Shown here in pieces: positions 49,027 to 58,849 of a stretch of 64,000 bases of DNA. Made by a program: the position numbers and the translations under genes. The notes under the pieces were generated by a model. The model saw nothing but the letters and a program-made list of their open reading frames with translations, had not been told where the DNA came from and ran no database searches. How positions within the stretch are numbered: position 1 is the stretch's first letter; each line of letters opens with the position of its first letter. Source of the DNA: Candidatus Latescibacterota bacterium (GTDB lineage Bacteria > Latescibacterota > UBA2968 > GCA-2709665); contig OZ220733.1 of the NCBI GenBank assembly GCA_965116875.1, forward strand, positions 2,656,001 to 2,720,000, in the 5' to 3' direction.

Positions 49027-50934
49027 ATGACTGACGCGTTGCCCGAAATCGCCCTGGTCCAAATGGACGTGAAGCCGGCGCGGCCGGACCTGAACGTCGA
49101 GACGATGCTGCGTTACATCGACGGTTGCAGGGCGGCGGGCGCGGAACTGATCGTCTTTTCGGAACTCTGCATATCGGGCTACATCCTGGGCGACCTGTGG
49201 GAGGTGGACGCGCTCGTCGAGGATTTCGCGGCATACAGCGAAACGATCCGCGAGGCCAGTCAGGACATTACGGTACTCTTCGGCAACGTGGCGGTGGATC
49301 GCGCGAACATCGGGGAGGACGGGCGGATCCGGAAGTACAATGCCGTCCACGTCTGCGCCGGCGGCCGTTACGTGGCGCGGGAAAACGTCCCGGCCGGACT
49401 TCCCGCCGGCCTGCAGCCCAAGACGCTGCATCCGAACTACCGGTTCTTCGACGACGACCGTCATTTCTACTCGCTCCGGAAACTCGCCGACGCTTCCGGG
49501 AGATCCGTTTACGACTGGACCGAGCCGTTCGATGTCCGCCTGAGGGATGGCCGGACGTTCCGGTTCGGCGTACAGCTTTGCGAAGATATCTGGTGCCGGG
49601 ACTACGGCTACGCGGAAGACATCCTGGATACGCTGCGGATATTTCAAAACCGCGGGGCGCAGGCGCTGTTCAATCTGTCCTCGTCCCCGTGGACGTGGCG
49701 GAAGAACGCAAAGCGAAACCGGGTCGTGAGGGAAATCCTGCGGCGTTCGCCGATCCCTGTCTTCTACGTCAACCAGGTGGGGGCGCAGAACAACGGAAAG
49801 AACATCATCGTCTTCGACGGCGATACGACGGTCTATTCCCCCGCGGGAGAAATCCTGCGCCGCGCGCATCCCTGGCGGGAGCAGACGGTCCTCTGCCGTG
49901 ACGGAGAGCCGCCGGCTCCTTCCCAGGACGAGATTGCCGCGATCTACGATGCCATCCTGATCGGACTGCGGCATCTGGACGACGTCCGCGAAGGGGAGAA
50001 CCGGTTTCTGGTTGGCGTGAGCGGAGGAATCGACTCGAGCGTCGTGGTATCGCTGCTGGCGCAGGCCGTCGGACCGGAGCGGGTGTTCGCGGTAAACATG
50101 CCCACGCGGTTCAACGCGTCCATCACGCAGGAAAACGCGAGGCAGGTCTGCCGGACGCTCGAGGTGGATTATCTGAGTTGCCCGATCCAGGACCTGTACG
50201 AATTCCTGTCCGACAAGATCAGGGGCGTGAGCTTTTCCAGTACGCCGGGCGACTATACCCGGCTCGTGGACGAAAACCTTCAGGCGCGTATCAGGGGAGC
50301 GGACATTCTGGCCGGACTGGCTGCCAAATTCGGGCTGGTCTTCACAAACAACGGGAACAAGACCGAGACGGCGCTGGGCTACGCCACGCTTTACGGGGAC
50401 GTGAACGGCGCCGTGGCTCCCATCGCGGACCTTTACAAGGTGCAGGTGCTGCAACTGGCGCGGTTTCTGAACGGTGAGATTTTCGGCAGGGAGGTCATTC
50501 CGGGTAACCTGATCAGCGGGGAAACGGTGCCCAGTGCGGAATTGTCGGAGGCCCAGGACGTGACCCGGGGCCTTGGCGATCCCATCAAGTACGGGTACCA
50601 CGATGCCATGCTTCGCCAGATCATCGAATACCGGAAAGACCCGGTCGATTTTCTGCACTGGTTCGTGAACGGAATTCTGCTGGAGGAGATCGGGTGGAGC
50701 GACAGGGAGAAATTCAGGGCCTGGTTTCCGGACGTGAACACCTGGATCGAAGACCTCGAGTGGGTCGTGCGGCAGGTGAGGATCAACTATTTCAAGCGCG
50801 TGCAGGCGCCGCCGATCATTGTGCTCAGCAAACGCGCCTTCGGGTTCGACCTGCGCGAAAGCCAGTTGCCGGCGTACGAGACCCGGCGCTACGGGGAATT
50901 GAAAGAGCTGGCGCTTTCCATGGAAATATCTTGA
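49027..50934 (+). CDS. nadE: Glutamine-dependent NAD+ synthetase
   Basis: Nitrilase triad (SELCISGY, KTLHPNY, LCEDIW) plus SGGIDS, ENLQARIR, NKTETALGYATLYGD, PSAEL. Confidence 0.95.
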   Translation: MTDALPEIALVQMDVKPARPDLNVETMLRYIDGCRAAGAELIVFSELCISGYILGDLWEVDALVEDFAAYSETIREASQDITVLFGNVAVDRANIGEDGRIRKYNAVHVCAGGRYVARENVPAGLPAGLQPKTLHPNYRFFDDDRHFYSLRKLADASGRSVYDWTEPFDVRLRDGRTFRFGVQLCEDIWCRDYGYAEDILDTLRIFQNRGAQALFNLSSSPWTWRKNAKRNRVVREILRRSPIPVFYVNQVGAQNNGKNIIVFDGDTTVYSPAGEILRRAHPWREQTVLCRDGEPPAPSQDEIAAIYDAILIGLRHLDDVREGENRFLVGVSGGIDSSVVVSLLAQAVGPERVFAVNMPTRFNASITQENARQVCRTLEVDYLSCPIQDLYEFLSDKIRGVSFSSTPGDYTRLVDENLQARIRGADILAGLAAKFGLVFTNNGNKTETALGYATLYGDVNGAVAPIADLYKVQVLQLARFLNGEIFGREVIPGNLISGETVPSAELSEAQDVTRGLGDPIKYGYHDAMLRQIIEYRKDPVDFLHWFVNGILLEEIGWSDREKFRAWFPDVNTWIEDLEWVVRQVRINYFKRVQAPPIIVLSKRAFGFDLRESQLPAYETRRYGELKELALSMEIS

Positions 50935-50984
50935 AACCGGTATCCGTAACGCGAAGTGGTCGTTCGCGGACTCGGTAATCTGAA

Positions 50985-51854
50985 ATGACATCCATCGATG
51001 CAGCGATCTCCCGAATCGAAGCGACCGTTGGCGTGGCCGCCCGGCACCTGGAAACCGGCCGGGAGATACAGCACAATGCCGACGACGTGTTCTTCACCGC
51101 CAGCACGCTGAAGGTCCCCGTACTCGTGGAACTCTACCGGCAGGTGGACCGCGGCATCGTCGACCTGAACCGGCGCGTCGAACTCACCCAGGACATGCGG
51201 GTGCCCGGATCCGGCATCCTCAAGGAAATGGACGCGGGACTCAACCCCACCCTTCACGATCTGGCGATGCTGATGATCATCATCAGCGACAACACGGCGA
51301 CGGATATCCTCTATGATCTGGTTGGCCGCGACAATCTCAACGACACGATGCGGGAACTCGGACTCCATAAGACCCGCATCCCGATGACGGTAAGGCAACT
51401 GCTCTTCAGCGTCGTCGGCCTCGACCCGGAGAATCCGGACCATACATACGAACGCTGCGCCGAACGGCTGTTCAACGAGGCATACGTGCCCGATGCGGCG
51501 GGTTATGATCCCGACCGGTCCGACGTTTCGTCTCCGGCCGATATGTGCAGACTTCTTGAGCTCCTTTACTCCGTCGATTTCCTGTCGCCCGCGTCCCGTG
51601 AGGGGGCCCTGGACATCCTCAAGCGGCAGCAGCTCAGGACCGTGATCCCGTACGCGCTGCCGGTTGGCACCACGGTTGCGCACAAGACGGGATTCTATCT
51701 CGGCGTACGCGCGGACGTGGGGATCGTCTGTTCGCCGACCGGACCCTATACGGTCGCCATCATGGCCAAACACGTGACGTCCCGGGACCGGATGACGTTC
51801 GACCTCAGCCTCTCGGCGCTCGCAAGAGCGGTTTACGACACGCTGGTCGAATAA
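50985..51854 (+). CDS. Class A beta-lactamase-related serine hydrolase
   Basis: ASTLK (SxxK), SDN, HKTG; no signal peptide evident. Confidence 0.87.
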   Translation: MTSIDAAISRIEATVGVAARHLETGREIQHNADDVFFTASTLKVPVLVELYRQVDRGIVDLNRRVELTQDMRVPGSGILKEMDAGLNPTLHDLAMLMIIISDNTATDILYDLVGRDNLNDTMRELGLHKTRIPMTVRQLLFSVVGLDPENPDHTYERCAERLFNEAYVPDAAGYDPDRSDVSSPADMCRLLELLYSVDFLSPASREGALDILKRQQLRTVIPYALPVGTTVAHKTGFYLGVRADVGIVCSPTGPYTVAIMAKHVTSRDRMTFDLSLSALARAVYDTLVE

Positions 51855-52082
51855 CAATTTCGGCGTGGATGATCTACATGGACAGGCCAGTGTGATCTTG
51901 CGCGGTCTATAATAGGTAGGGATTCATCGCTTTGGTCCGAAAACCCGACATTTGTCCTGCTCCCGGTTTCTCATCCTGTTCGGTTTTGGCTTTTATCCTG
52001 TCTATCCTGTTTATCCATGTTCGTTTGGGTTTCTGTGAATAAAAGAGGTGAAGGAGATCAGGCTTCCGAGGAGAGCCGGGAC

Positions 52083-52802
52083 GTGCGAAAGACCGTTGAA
52101 ACCAATCTCGACGCGCTCAGGAACTCGCGGTATCCGGGAAGGGGCATCGTCATCGGCCGGACGCCCGACGCCAGGCACTTCGTGCAGGTCTACTGGATCA
52201 TGGGCAGGAGCGCGGGGAGCCGGAACCGGGTGTTCGTTGCCGGGGACCAGACGGTCAGGACCCGGGCTTTCGATGAGTCCGCGCTGGAAAACCCGTCCCT
52301 GGTCGTCTATCGTCCCGTCAGAGTCCTGGGCGCCCGGCACATCGTGTCCAACGGGGACCATACGGACACCATTGCCGACGCGATTCAGGAAGGCGGGACC
52401 TTCGAATCCGGCCTGAACACTCGGACATTCGAACCCGATCCTCCCATCTTCACGCCACGCATCGCCGGCATCGTGGACCTTGACGATACCGGTGCCGCCT
52501 ACCGGATCGCCATTCTCAAGGCCCTCGCCGGAAGCGGCGGATTCGCGTCCCGGCAATACTTCAGCTACGAAACGGCCATACCCGGGATCGGCCACTGCAT
52601 TACCACCTACATGGACGACGGCGACCCCCCGCCCGCGTTCAGCGGCGAACCGTATGCCGTCGAACTGCACAACGGGATCGAATCGACCCGCGACTTCTAC
52701 TGGGACCTGCTTGACGAAGCCAACAGGGTATCCCTGCTCGTCAAGTATATCGAAGCGGCATCGGGAAACACCGACCTGAGAATCGTCAACAAGTACCGTT
52801 AA
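52083..52802 (+). CDS. IMP cyclohydrolase-like protein (PurO-type Ntn fold)
   Basis: YPGRGIVIG, YWIMGRS..SRNR, SNGDHTD, FEPDPPIFTPRI. GTG start at 52083 is inferred. Confidence 0.82.
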   Translation: MRKTVETNLDALRNSRYPGRGIVIGRTPDARHFVQVYWIMGRSAGSRNRVFVAGDQTVRTRAFDESALENPSLVVYRPVRVLGARHIVSNGDHTDTIADAIQEGGTFESGLNTRTFEPDPPIFTPRIAGIVDLDDTGAAYRIAILKALAGSGGFASRQYFSYETAIPGIGHCITTYMDDGDPPPAFSGEPYAVELHNGIESTRDFYWDLLDEANRVSLLVKYIEAASGNTDLRIVNKYR

Positions 52803-52807
52803 CGCAA

Positions 52808-53524
52808 ATGTTGAATACCCTCAAACAATTCTGGCCGGCCATCGTCTGCGCCATCGTCGCCCTGGCGTTCTGGGACACGCCCTACGTCAAACCGTTCAGG
52901 GTCTTCGTGGTACTCATTCACGAAATGGGCCACGCGGCCGCCACTCTGATTACGGGAGGCGAAGTCCTTGAAGTCCGCATCAACTGGGACGAATCCGGCC
53001 ACGCGCGGAGCCGGGGCGGTATCTTTCCGATCATTGCCTCTGCCGGATACGTGGGCTCGGCCTTTCTTGGCGCCTTTTTCATCTACGTCAGTTCCTGGCC
53101 TCTGCTGCAACGGATTCTGCTCGCCGGGATCGGCGTGCTTGCCATAGCGATGTCGGTACGTTACACCCCGTTCGGCAGCATCGATTTCCTGTTCGGACTC
53201 GCGTGCGGCTTCATGCTTCTGGTTCCGGCGGTCCTGCTGCCCCGGGTTGCGCGATGGGTGGCCACCTGGGTCGGCGTGATGCTTTGTCTCTATTCCCTCT
53301 ACGACTTCCGCACGGATCTCTGGCAAGTTGCCGAACGCACCGATGCCGGCATCCTAGCCCGCCACTGGGATGCGCCGGTCCTGGCCTATCCGATCGCCCT
53401 GGTCTGGGCGTTGATCTCCATCTACGCGATGTATCGATCCATGAAGTCGGTCGCGCGGAGGGGCCGGATGCGGGAAGCGCGTGACGTCACACCGGACGGA
53501 ACGGCTTCCGCCGGGGAGGCATGA
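52808..53524 (+). CDS. M50 family (M50B-like) membrane metallopeptidase
   Basis: HEMGH, SAGYVG, TDAGILA; several hydrophobic segments. Confidence 0.87.
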   Translation: MLNTLKQFWPAIVCAIVALAFWDTPYVKPFRVFVVLIHEMGHAAATLITGGEVLEVRINWDESGHARSRGGIFPIIASAGYVGSAFLGAFFIYVSSWPLLQRILLAGIGVLAIAMSVRYTPFGSIDFLFGLACGFMLLVPAVLLPRVARWVATWVGVMLCLYSLYDFRTDLWQVAERTDAGILARHWDAPVLAYPIALVWALISIYAMYRSMKSVARRGRMREARDVTPDGTASAGEA

Positions 53525-53609
53525 GCCGCGGTCTCCCTGACTCGCGGGGCGCGGAAGTATCCTGCCGGCAAATCGCGCCGGTTCATCCCGTTACTCGAGG
53601 TTGCCCGAA

Positions 53610-54371
53610 ATGCATACCAGCCAGGTCCTTTCCGCCCGGGATTTCGAATATCGGCAACGGGACGGGAACGGTTTTGGGCGCGTGCCCTTCGAATCCTTCT
53701 GCCCCGATTACCATGAGTCCGACCGCACGGGAGTCGTCTCGCCTCTTCTGGAAGACGGCATCCTGCACACCTCACTCGCGATTCTGGGGCTGACCACGGC
53801 CTTTTACGACGCCTGGCGCGCCCGGACGGACGACTTCTTCATCTATCCTCAGCACTTCGCCATTCTGGACATTTCGGCGGAAGGGATCAACTCCGGCAGC
53901 GGCCGACTTCGCCTCGACAGAGACCGCTTGGGGTGGCCGTGGGGTAACCTGGACGTGTGGCCGGACTCTCAGTGGGTGCCGTCGGACGGCAGCGTGTCCG
54001 GCGCGCTGAAGAGCGCGTTCGATCTGCATATCAATCGCCTGTTCTGGCCCGAGTCGTTTGTCCCGGGTGAAGGCGAAAACCGGTTGCCTGAATATGCGAT
54101 GAAGATTATGCGGACGCGCCTCAAAGCGGTCTTCTATTACAGAACGGGCGATCCCAATGTCGAGGTTCGCGGCAATTCGAACCCGAAAGAGGTCGCGGAC
54201 CAGAGCGTATGGCGGCTGTCTCAACTCGAGGGATTGTCTGCGGAGCATCTGCCAAGGGCGGATGATGAAGATGTATCAGAAACAGGCCAATGTTGCGTGG
54301 AACGGTATCGCCGGGTAGAGCCGGAGCAGTTTCTGAGAGACGTGGGCGTTTGTTTCGAGAGCGGCGGGTAG
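53610..54371 (+). CDS. Hypothetical protein
   Basis: ORF of about 253 aa in a co-directional run; protein-like motifs TTAFYD, FFIYPQHF, LDVWP. Start is 53601 or 53610. Confidence 0.7.
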   Translation: MHTSQVLSARDFEYRQRDGNGFGRVPFESFCPDYHESDRTGVVSPLLEDGILHTSLAILGLTTAFYDAWRARTDDFFIYPQHFAILDISAEGINSGSGRLRLDRDRLGWPWGNLDVWPDSQWVPSDGSVSGALKSAFDLHINRLFWPESFVPGEGENRLPEYAMKIMRTRLKAVFYYRTGDPNVEVRGNSNPKEVADQSVWRLSQLEGLSAEHLPRADDEDVSETGQCCVERYRRVEPEQFLRDVGVCFESGG

Positions 54372-54414
54372 AAGCGTCCGGACAAGAGTGGCGACTTGAT
54401 TTTCGGGGTACCAG

Positions 54415-55770
54415 ATGCAAGCCGCGCGAGGTTCACATCGGCGACCGGGGGGCGGCGTTCTCGCCCTTCCCGTACGCGTGGGTCTGATCGGCGCCGGAAA
54501 ATTCGGAACGATGTTCCTGGCCCAGGCCCGCCGGATTCCGGGTCTGCATGTCCTGGGCGTGGCGGACCTGTCCATTGACCGGGCCCGTGAGGCGCTCGCC
54601 CGCGCTGAATGGCCCTCGCCCCAATTTGCCGCAACGAGCTTCGACAATGCCCTCGAAACCGGGGGCACACACGTCACGGACGACGGCGATGCTCTCGTCT
54701 GCGCGGATGGTCTCGACGTGGTGGTCGAAGCCACGGGCAATCCGCTGGCCGGCATCCGCTACGCCCTGAAAGCCATCGAAGAGGGCCGCCACCTGGTGAT
54801 GGTCAACGTGGAGGCCGACGTCCTCGCGGGTCCGGTGCTGGCGCGACGGGCTGAGTCCGCCGGCCTCGTCTACTCGCTTGCGTATGGCGACCAGCCCGCC
54901 CTGATCTGCGAGCTTGTCGAGTGGGCCCGCACCAACGGATTCGACGTGGTCTGCGCGGGAAAGGGCACCAAACACCGGCCCGTCTACCATACATCCACCC
55001 CCGATACCGTCTGGGACCACTATGGAATCGATGCGGAAACGGCGGCCCGCGGCGGGATGAACCCGCGGATGTTCAATTCCTTCCTGGACGGCACGAAATC
55101 GGCCATCGAGATGGCCGCGGTTTCAAATGCCACGGGACTCGCACCGCAGCCGGGGGGGCTGAACTTCCCGCCGTGCGGCATCGACCGCCTGCCGGACGTC
55201 TGCCGGCCCCGGGACGAGGGCGGTCAGCTTGCCCACAGGGGAACGGTCGAGGTTGTATCCTGCGTGCATCCGGACGGCGCCGCCGTCGATCAGCACCTGC
55301 GATGGGGCGTGTACGTCACCATCGAAGGGGCGGGAGACTATATCCGGCGCTGCTTCACCGAATACGGGTTGCCCACGGACGATTCCGGTCGGTACACCGC
55401 CGTTTACCGCCCCTATCACCTTGTTGGCATGGAACTTGCCACCAGCGTGATGCGGGCGGGGATTCAGGGTGAGGCGACCGGTTTTCCCATTGGGTTCGCG
55501 GCGGACGTGGCGGCTACCGCCAAGCGCGACCTCGCGGCGGGGGAGATCCTCGACGGGGAGGGCGGGTATTGCGTTTACGGCAAGCTCATGCCGGCAGAGA
55601 GCGCCGTCAGGGAAGGCCTCCTGCCCATCGGGCTGGCGCACGCAGTCAGACTGAAGCGCGGGGTTGCCGCCGGGCAGCCGATTCTTCGGGCCGACGTGGA
55701 ACTCGACAAAGACTCCGACGTTCTCCGCCTTCGCAGGGAAATGGAACCAACGCTTTCGGACACGGGCTGA
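54415..55770 (+). CDS. Homoserine-dehydrogenase-like NAD(P)-dependent oxidoreductase with C-terminal SAF domain
   Basis: GLIGAGKFG, VNVEAD, YGDQP, GKG, SFLDGTKSAIEM, AKRDLAAGEILDGEGGY. Confidence 0.88.
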   Translation: MQAARGSHRRPGGGVLALPVRVGLIGAGKFGTMFLAQARRIPGLHVLGVADLSIDRAREALARAEWPSPQFAATSFDNALETGGTHVTDDGDALVCADGLDVVVEATGNPLAGIRYALKAIEEGRHLVMVNVEADVLAGPVLARRAESAGLVYSLAYGDQPALICELVEWARTNGFDVVCAGKGTKHRPVYHTSTPDTVWDHYGIDAETAARGGMNPRMFNSFLDGTKSAIEMAAVSNATGLAPQPGGLNFPPCGIDRLPDVCRPRDEGGQLAHRGTVEVVSCVHPDGAAVDQHLRWGVYVTIEGAGDYIRRCFTEYGLPTDDSGRYTAVYRPYHLVGMELATSVMRAGIQGEATGFPIGFAADVAATAKRDLAAGEILDGEGGYCVYGKLMPAESAVREGLLPIGLAHAVRLKRGVAAGQPILRADVELDKDSDVLRLRREMEPTLSDTG

Positions 55771-55786
55771 AAAGGAGAGGACAACA

Positions 55787-57646
55787 ATGCATGTTTCAGA
55801 GGATCTCGGCAACGGGTTTCGCCACCACGGTGTTGCTACCGACATCGCCAACAGCCGGGGGCTTGTCGCCACCGTGGACGGGCAGGGCCGCAATGTGGTT
55901 CTGCTCTGGCTGTACGACCATCGCGGCTGCTACGGCCTCCTGCTGATCGATGCGGAAACCGGCGCCAGCGAGCAGTTCGCCCTTCCTTTTCCTCCGGGCA
56001 ACGACTTCAATGCATGCCCGTTCTCGTCGATCCTTTCCAGCGGCAACCTCTTCTGCTCCCACTTTCACAACTGCTTCCTGGCCTTCGACCCCGCCGAACG
56101 GGCGTTTACGTTCTGCCACGAAACCGTACCGCAGATGGGCATGGCGATGACCGAAGACGACGGCGGCCGCATCTGGACGGCCACCTATCCGGACAGCGGC
56201 GTCGCGTCTTACGATCCCCGTACCCGCGTGTTCAGGGACTACGGCCACGTCTACAGTCAGAACTGGCGGCAATACCCGCGATCGATCGCGGCCGACGCCG
56301 CCGGGTGGATCTACTTCGGCATCGGCAGCACCGCCAGCCAGATCATCTGCATGGAACCTGACTCCGGCGCGGCCGAACCCATTTTATCCGAAGACGAACG
56401 CGTCCAGGGGAGCGGTCACGTCTATCGCGACCTTAACGGGAAGGTCTACGGACATTCCGGGGACACCGCCCGCGGGTGGTTTGAACTCTACAAGGGCGCG
56501 CGCAGACCCGTCGGGACGCTTGAGCAACAGAACGAAAAGCCGATCGTGACGGGCAGCCAGGGCCTTTTCCACCGGGCCTTCCCGGACGGCAGACGCCTCG
56601 TAGCGTGCGATCTGGAAACGCGTACGCTATCGGTTGAGGAACCGGATTCCGGCGAAGCCCGTGAAGTCGAATTCGATTACACCACCGAAGGCGCCCACGT
56701 GATGGGCCTGGCTGCTGCGCCGGATGAGACGATCTGCGGGGGCACGACGTTTCCCGCGCGCTTCTTCTGCTTCAATCCTGAGACCGATCGCTGGATCAAC
56801 CGCCCGAACCTCGGCCAGTGGAATACGGTTGCCAGGCAGACGGACCGATTTTTCGCCGGCGCCTACACGGGCGGCTTGCTGCTGGAGTGGGATCCCGCCA
56901 ATGCCTGGGTTCCCACGGAGAAGGGCAACCCCGGTTCCAATCCGCGTTTTCTGACGGAATGCAAACCCGACATCAACCGCCCGCACACGCTGCTCGCCCA
57001 TCCCGACGGGAAGACCGTAATACTGGCTGGCACGCCGGATTACGGCCGCACCGGCGGCGGGTTGCTGTTCTGGGATCGGGAAACCGGGGCGCGCGTTCTG
57101 CTCGACCATACCGATATCCTCCGCGAGCACAGCACAATGAGCCTGGTCGCCCTTCCGGACGGCAACCTCCTGGGCGGCTCCACTACCGATCCGGGTACGG
57201 GGGGCGAGCGGAAGGCGGAAGAAGCCGAACTCTACCTGATGGATCTGAAAACCAGGCGGATCCTCTGGCGCGAGGTCGTTTTCCCCGGCGTGCAATCCTA
57301 CACAGATCTCTGCTCCCGACCAGACGGCCTGGTCTACGGGGTTGCGGACAGGGAGCGCTTCTTCGTGTTCGATCCCGATTCCAGGGAAGTCCTCCGAAGC
57401 GAACGCACCGCGGAGAGCTACGGGCTGACGGCCAGACAGCAGGGTCCCCGTGTCTTCGTGACCACGCCTTCAGGCAACGTCTACATGCTCTTCGTCACGG
57501 GAATCGTTCGCGTCAACCCTTCAGACCACAGCCTCAGCCTGCTGGCTGCGTCTCCGGTTCCCGTCAGCTTCGGCGGGGACTGGCTGAACGGACGCATCTA
57601 CTTCGGAAGCGGCTCCCACGTCTACAGCTACGGGGAATGCGAATAG
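55787..57646 (+). CDS. Beta-propeller repeat hypothetical protein
   Basis: Repeated DG.IW/IYFG/FDP blades; AGGA RBS before ATG 55787. Confidence 0.72.
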   Translation: MHVSEDLGNGFRHHGVATDIANSRGLVATVDGQGRNVVLLWLYDHRGCYGLLLIDAETGASEQFALPFPPGNDFNACPFSSILSSGNLFCSHFHNCFLAFDPAERAFTFCHETVPQMGMAMTEDDGGRIWTATYPDSGVASYDPRTRVFRDYGHVYSQNWRQYPRSIAADAAGWIYFGIGSTASQIICMEPDSGAAEPILSEDERVQGSGHVYRDLNGKVYGHSGDTARGWFELYKGARRPVGTLEQQNEKPIVTGSQGLFHRAFPDGRRLVACDLETRTLSVEEPDSGEAREVEFDYTTEGAHVMGLAAAPDETICGGTTFPARFFCFNPETDRWINRPNLGQWNTVARQTDRFFAGAYTGGLLLEWDPANAWVPTEKGNPGSNPRFLTECKPDINRPHTLLAHPDGKTVILAGTPDYGRTGGGLLFWDRETGARVLLDHTDILREHSTMSLVALPDGNLLGGSTTDPGTGGERKAEEAELYLMDLKTRRILWREVVFPGVQSYTDLCSRPDGLVYGVADRERFFVFDPDSREVLRSERTAESYGLTARQQGPRVFVTTPSGNVYMLFVTGIVRVNPSDHSLSLLAASPVPVSFGGDWLNGRIYFGSGSHVYSYGECE

Positions 57647-57830
57647 GGAAGGAATTCCGAGGGAAGAGCAGTGCCGTAAAACAACGGCGACGTCCGGTCA
57701 GAATGGCGTCGCCGTAGACTTTATGTGTGAAGAATCCGTATCGATTATCTCGAACTTGGCGCAGCTTCTCAATGCTCAGCCGCAACCCAATGAGTTACGA
57801 TGAACGGGCGAGCCGGTTTGGCGGTTCAAT

Positions 57831-57916
57831 CACTCGCCTCTCAAGGGGGAGTCGCGGAATCCGAGCCGTCCCCTGAGCTTGTCGAAGGGCCCGGCGAAGG
57901 CTGATGCCGTGGGGGT
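57831..57916. repeat. Composite short palindromic intergenic repeat
   Basis: ACTCGCCTCTCAAGGGGGAGT hairpin plus a nested CCCTGAGCTTGTCGAAGGG palindrome. Confidence 0.45.
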
Positions 57917-58034
57917 ATTCAACGCCTCGCGGGACGCAAGCAGCGTGAATTTACATGAGCGTATTCTGCGTTGAAGTCTTACCGTAATCCCTTATACCGT
58001 TCACTATACGAGAGTGTATTCGCGTTTACAACTC

Positions 58035-58087
58035 CATTGGAATTTTTCCATTTGTTATTTCTTTCTTTACGATGGAGGCATTTGACA
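58035..58087 (+). pseudogene. Gene fragment paralogous to 60026-60078
   Basis: 46/53 nt identical; encodes IGIFPFVISFFTMEAFD versus IGIFSVVISFFTMEAFD. Confidence 0.65.
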
Positions 58088-58390
58088 CCCGTCTCGCGCT
58101 CAATATACTGTGAGATGGGGATTTCAATGTTCAGAAGTAATGGAGATCGACGTTTTCGCATAAAGCCATAACCAGATGAGATCGCTTTCGCCTTTTTCTT
58201 GACAATATAGGTTTTGCTCAGTATCGTCGATATGGAGACGGCCACGAGAGTCGCACAGCGTATTCGCCGCCTAGCGTTGAAGATTGATGCGATAGCCGGA
58301 ATAGTTTAAAAAAATTTCAGTGGCAGGGGAGGAGTCGGTTTGTAGGTTGTTCGTGGAGGCGTGTCGGTAGTTAAATTTACGGGGGATTTA

Positions 58391-58816
58391 ATGTCCTTTG
58401 CTGGTTTCTGGAAACGATTTGCCGCGTCACTCATTGATGGTTTAATTACTGGTTTAATAGGCGCGATTGCAGGTGGTTTTTATGGTGGATTACATGGACT
58501 TGCTGGTGGTTCCTCTGATGAGAGTTTTTGGGTGGGTATGATTATTGGCGTGTTGGGTCAATGGATTTATTTTGCTGCTTTTGAATCTTCAAATAGGCAA
58601 GCGACATTAGGAAAGTTGGCACTTGGGATAAAGGTAGTAGACCTTGAAGGTGATCGTGTTAATTTTAGTAAGGCCTCTGGACGCTTTTGGGGAAAATATG
58701 TCTCAACTCTAATTGTCTTTATTGGTTATATCATGGTTGCTTTTACTGAGAAAAAACAAGGACTTCACGATATAATGGCTGGTTGCCTGGTGATTGATAG
58801 CGAAACTGACAAATAA
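58391..58816 (+). CDS. RDD family membrane protein
   Basis: AGFWKRFAASLID, QATLGK..LGIKV, KQGLHDIMAG; AT-rich. Confidence 0.92.
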   Translation: MSFAGFWKRFAASLIDGLITGLIGAIAGGFYGGLHGLAGGSSDESFWVGMIIGVLGQWIYFAAFESSNRQATLGKLALGIKVVDLEGDRVNFSKASGRFWGKYVSTLIVFIGYIMVAFTEKKQGLHDIMAGCLVIDSETDK

Positions 58817-58849
58817 AACCGGGCCGACACTCAGAGGTCAATTCCTGCA

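Noticed and set aside
47668-50991. 1107-aa minus-strand ORF
   Set aside because: Antisense shadow of the ceramidase-like gene and nadE in high-GC DNA; no motifs.
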